A stretch of DNA of 64,000 nt from Vicugna vicugna (Eukaryota). Both the position numbers and the translations under genes were made by a program. Below, one piece after another: positions 51,536 to 64,000 of this stretch. Below the pieces are notes generated by a model. It made no database searches, was not told the origin of the DNA, and saw nothing but the letters and a program-made list of their open reading frames with translations. Position 1 is the first letter of the stretch. Every line of letters starts with the position of its first letter. The stretch lies in NCBI GenBank assembly GCA_013265495.1, contig MU057521.1, forward strand, positions 2,058,335-2,122,334, written 5' to 3'.

Positions 51536-52549
51536 CTTCAGTTCCCAGTAACCAAGAGCGAAATTTATCACGACTTCACAGGACCAGCAAGAACAAAGCA
51601 ACCTCAAGTTATTTTATAAAAAGTCTCACAGATAATCTAAAAAGTTGATAAAATATGGATATAACCCCCTTAATGTTTCAGGCCTTTATTAAATACCTAA
51701 TAAACAGCCTCTAGCACTATGTTAATGCAAAGAAAATGTAACTGTTCGAAGAGCTTACAGTCTAAATGACCTACACACAATGAACAGAATGGGCCTGAAA
51801 TTTGGAGAAAAATCTTCAGACAGCTGCAGCAACTTAGTGCCAAGGAAATCCAAAAGGATGGGGACAGTGCAGGGATTCTTCCTGGAAGAGATTATACGGG
51901 TCATGAGCTAGGTCTTAATGAAGATAATGGAATCTGGGCTAGCAGAGGGAAGAAGGGAGGAGGCAGGAAAGCACAAGGCACCCGGCAGCCGTGAGCTCGC
52001 CTGTGAAACGCTGGGCGCTCCCTGGTGCCGCGCCACTTGCAGTGCTTACGGCGACGTGTCAGGGAGGGACGCTGCCGTTTCTCAAGCTACGCAAGTGCAA
52101 GTGGCTAAATGACACTTCACGTTAATCATCAAACGTACTCACTCTGCTTTTCTGCATGTAGATGATAGTGAACTCAAAAGTCAATTTTCTACTGAAACAC
52201 TTTATAATTAAGGTCCTTAAGGGTTTTTAGGCTGAGACAAAACACATTCTTCAACATCCAGGGTACAGCTCAGAGAGATGATCAAGGAGGGTTTTTACTT
52301 GTTGACTCTGAAAACATCTACCCCAAATCATAATGGTCAAGATCCAGACAAACAGAGCCTGAACATTCGGTTTCCTTATTTATCTGTTCATAAAGAACAC
52401 ATGGAAAAGCCTATACTCTACCATTCTAGAATAAGTCTACGATTATTAGATTCCAGAAACAGCTTGAAAACCAGAAATGTGGGAAGTGGAGCTATGGCCA
52501 CAAGTGATATGGATTCTGAGCTAGAGCTCTCAAAGCACATAAAGAATTG

Positions 52550-54443
52550 AGTGTGATAAAGTATCCACTTATTATCAACATTGTACTTACATACTAGTTG
52601 GTCAATTTAAGGAAAATATTTTGCCAAAACAAATTTCGGATACACAGAAATTCTGGATTTCAACTACTATATAATTATTATAGTATAATTATGCTAATTC
52701 TCCTACTGATATGATTAATAGCAATACCGTATGATTCTGAGGCTGATAAACTATATAAAATATCTTGTAAGACTTCTACAAGGAATTCAGTGTTAGTCTG
52801 CCAAGTTAATTTCCAATCCTCACATCAAAGTTACTGAAAAGTAGAATTTTCATGTATACACTCTTAATAATTTTTAATGATTTCTTTGTATCTAATCAAT
52901 TTAGATAGTATTTTCTCCTATACAGAAGACCCCAAAATAAAGAAGCATACACAGAATATAGCCAATAGTGGGTTATATCAATTTACTTCACATAAGAACA
53001 GCATTATTTCAGGCCTACGATTTCCATTTAATATCAATAAAAACAATCTGTACAGAAAACCCAAAGGCAACCATATAGCATAACATGTAAAATGTGCAAA
53101 TATACTTTAAAATGCAAGTTATTCTATAGCATTTGCACGGCAGAACTTTATAGTAAATTAAGGAATCTACCTCATTCTAGCTGACTTACTAATCCTTTGT
53201 ACGTAGAGCCAATGCAAATGTACAAGGCACAACTTAGTGTTGACACTAACACATATAACACACACTCAGATTATTTGTTTGACGATATTAAAATAACATA
53301 ACATCATGTTTGCATTTTATTATTTAAGGAGACATCAGCTCATTTCTAAAGCTTCATGAAGCATTACACTGATAACATATGTGTGGCCAGAATAAACTGT
53401 TTCCTGAACTTAAAAGGTAGACTAAAAAGACAAGACCCTTACTATCCTATATTAAAAAAAATTTATATATATATGTACACACACACCCCCACATCACACA
53501 TAAGAAACTTCCCATAATCTAAAGGGAGGTTGTTCCTTTTAGTAAAGGTTCCCATTACAGTATTTCATGATAGTTATTTCAAAAGTACATATTTATTTAC
53601 CACCTGTTTTGGTCAATCTTGCTACAAAGACACTGAAAGAGACAATTTTCTTCTTCAAGATAAAGACAATGTTTAATTTAGAAAGTCTTTCTCTTGAGAT
53701 TGCACAGTGAAAGGTATGATTTAGTTAAATATAAAAGCTTGCTGCTTTCAAAGAAATGATTTAAATCTACACAGAGAAAAATGTCAACCTATCAAAAATC
53801 AGTAAGAGTCTTGCCTAGAACACAATTCGAAATCTTTCAAGCCCAATCACAGTGCTCTGTGCCGTTTTATTGCCCATCCCTGAGAGTAAACCATTCTTAA
53901 TTTTTTAATAAAGTAAATAAATTCTACATGGGTGAGAATGAAGCTTATGATTTTTTGCAAAATATGAAATAAGCCTCTCCATTTTAGTAAAGAAAGAAAA
54001 AGAAAGAAAGAAAGAAAAAGAAAGAAAGAAAGAAAAAAAGAAAAGAGAAAAAAAAAAAGAAAAAAAAAAAAAATGCTCTTTACAAAGACCACTCACTATT
54101 CATAGCAATTTAAAATACTTGCATTTCAATCAATTTTAATCTTTTTTTAACTGGGTAAATTTTTTTTTTGCTATTAATACTGGGTAATTCTTTTTTTTTT
54201 TTTGCTATTTACATATCACTCATTTCCTTATAATCCATTATTTTATAATTTTTGTTAATAGGAGCATTTAATTGGTAATGGAGCAAAAGTACATACAAAA
54301 CGTAAAGGAATGCTGAGTGAGATCTCTACTTCCCCGTGGTGAGAGTTTTTTACAGGAAATAATCTGAATGCCATCCAAGAAAGGCAAAAGTACCTAAGAG
54401 AGGAAGAACACACATGGTATACGTCTTCCTTGTTGTCTTTGGT
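52550..54443 (-). other. VPS4B: Probable VPS4B 3' UTR (end uncertain)
   Basis: AT-rich unique sequence after the stop. Minus-strand hexamers: AATAAA 53871-53866 and 53321-53316, ATTAAA 52878-52873. Confidence 0.55.
53988..54073. repeat. (AAAG)n / poly-A low-complexity tract in the VPS4B 3' UTR
   Basis: Directly visible, ~85 bp of pure purine. Confidence 0.95.
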
Positions 54444-62213
<7,770 letters not shown>

Positions 62214-63096
62214 TTAATTTCGGTTACCACTGACATTATCCATAGTGAAGATTACTGTGAAGAAGTTTTCACTCTAAAGCTATCAATTTAATAAAACAAA
62301 ATTTAAATAAATCGATCTAAAGTAAGTTATGTTTTAAATGTACTTCATTTACTTTTTCTAGAGACCACCTTGTCAAAAGTGTTTATCCAGCTATAATCCT
62401 TCTAACAGGAAGTTCATTGTTTGCTCACTCATTCAACCACCACGTATTGAAACCACAAGGTGCAGACAGAGAATTATGAATAGAAAAGGACTTCTACCTT
62501 CCATGGGCTTACAGTCTAGTGGGGGAAAAGAATTCAGTTAAAAGATACTTCTTGACCACCTACTATGTGCACTGCTCGATATCAGAATATTGTAGGAGAA
62601 ATCATATCCACATGGGAAGGGTAGCTGGAAATATTTTCTTTTAAATATTTATGACCTTTGGAGGAGTGAAACTAACACAGTTTGGATGACTCATGAAGTT
62701 CTACTCAATTCACGACTCAACAAGGAAGCACAGGTTACATTACACAGGGCATATTCCCTTTCCAAAGGCTAGGTAATGACAAGGGGGCTCTACCTTAAAT
62801 CCTGGTTTCGCCCAAGTACAGCAAGTGAACAAATCAACTCTTTGTATCTCAATTTTGCTAATGAGAAATTATACTGCTGCTTAAACAAACCAAGCTGGGT
62901 TACAACTGGCAATAAAATAACAAATACACATAAAAAAACCACTAGGTGTAAACTGTGGATGGGCACACAGTGTCTGCAAAAAAATGATATGCACATGACT
63001 GATGGCAAAACTAAATAATGTTCTGTTTATTGTTATGAAAGCCTCAACTTTCACTTGAATTCTATTTGCCTATTTCAAATGTCTGCAATTATACAT

Positions 63097-63591
63097 CAGT
63101 GTTCCCTTAAGTGTGGTGGCAGATGACATGCTTTTAGGTGGTTTACAAATACTTTTTATTTAAATAATTTTTAAAATGCATTTTAGAAAAACACTACTTT
63201 TTCCATTTACAGAGACAAAAAGAAGTCTTTTAAAATAAAATTACTAAGTCCAAACAAGTGAGATGATTTAAAAGTTCAAATACAGGCAAAACAATCTATG
63301 GTGTTAGAAGTGAAGAGAGTGATTACCTCAGGGGAGGAAAGAGGCAGAGAGGGATATCCAGGTTATGATAATATTTTTTTTATCTTGGTGACGACTATAC
63401 AGGTGTACTCTGTGATAATTTATAAAGCGGAACACTTGGGTTCCTGCATGTCTTCGTACATTTATGCTATATTTGAGTAAAAAAGTTTGCTCTAAAAGTG
63501 AGTGATGTAAAGAAATATTTTAAAAATGGTACATGTATATGGAAAAATTCATGAAGATGATACACAAAGGACTCATGTTTGGGAAACACTG
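63097..63591. mobile_element. hAT-Charlie-type MITE with an internal L1 3' fragment
   Basis: Imperfect TIRs cagtgttccc...gggaaacactg; L1M-like segment at ~63270-63490. Confidence 0.45.
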
Positions 63592-64000
63592 GTGTAAGTA
63601 ACATAACATAAAATGAGTTCACCCATACTTTTGTACCTTTATAGGATTATGATGTCAGCTTTTACACTGTTAGGCTCACATTCCTGAAGTGAGGTGGGAA
63701 GTCGTACCTCGAAGCTAGGTGGACAACAGGTGGCCCAGGGGTTCTCTGTTCTTCATCACTGCTCTATACGACATTACTGCCTGGACCTGTTCAGTTTGAG
63801 GCCAGTATCACAGATTTGCTCTCTACATAAACCAGCTTGTTTTAGAAGGATAAACCTCTGTTTCACTCTTAGACTCTGGGTATCGTCATATCACAAACAC
63901 TAACTATCAGTCACAAAAAGGACAGTGGGAAGGAATGGCTTGGCGCAGCCAAATCACCTACTGCTGGAGCTTGAAGCTCAACTACCTCCAAATGGTGGGC

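Overview
Mammalian genomic DNA, most likely a camelid, because five short tRNA-derived SINEs resemble the camelid Vic-1 family. It holds the complete coding region of KDSR (3-ketodihydrosphingosine reductase, FVT1) on the - strand: 10 exons, CDS 36623->5219, 999 nt, 332 aa, all introns GT-AG, with a CpG-island promoter at ~35.8-37.2 kb. It also holds the last six exons (6-11 by human numbering) and 3' UTR of the AAA-ATPase VPS4B, also on the - strand (62170->54444). This matches the conserved BCL2-KDSR-VPS4B block. Introns and the ~16 kb intergenic interval are filled with decayed L1, L2/MIR, hAT and Tigger DNA transposons, MaLR LTRs and two independent ERV-L remnants. I found no evidence for a new multi-gene system, and nearly all ORFs in the supplied track are chance or repeat-derived. 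The most unusual unexplained structure is a ~170 bp intergenic fold-back (45864-46034) with a 47-bp stem whose only two mismatches would be G.U pairs on the + strand. Other points of note: all nine KDSR introns are phase 0; inverted lineage-specific SINEs bracket KDSR exons; an in-frame upstream ATG precedes KDSR; and an RT-deleted ERV-L lies just upstream of the KDSR promoter. Repeat family names and human protein comparisons are from memory, and repeat boundaries are approximate.
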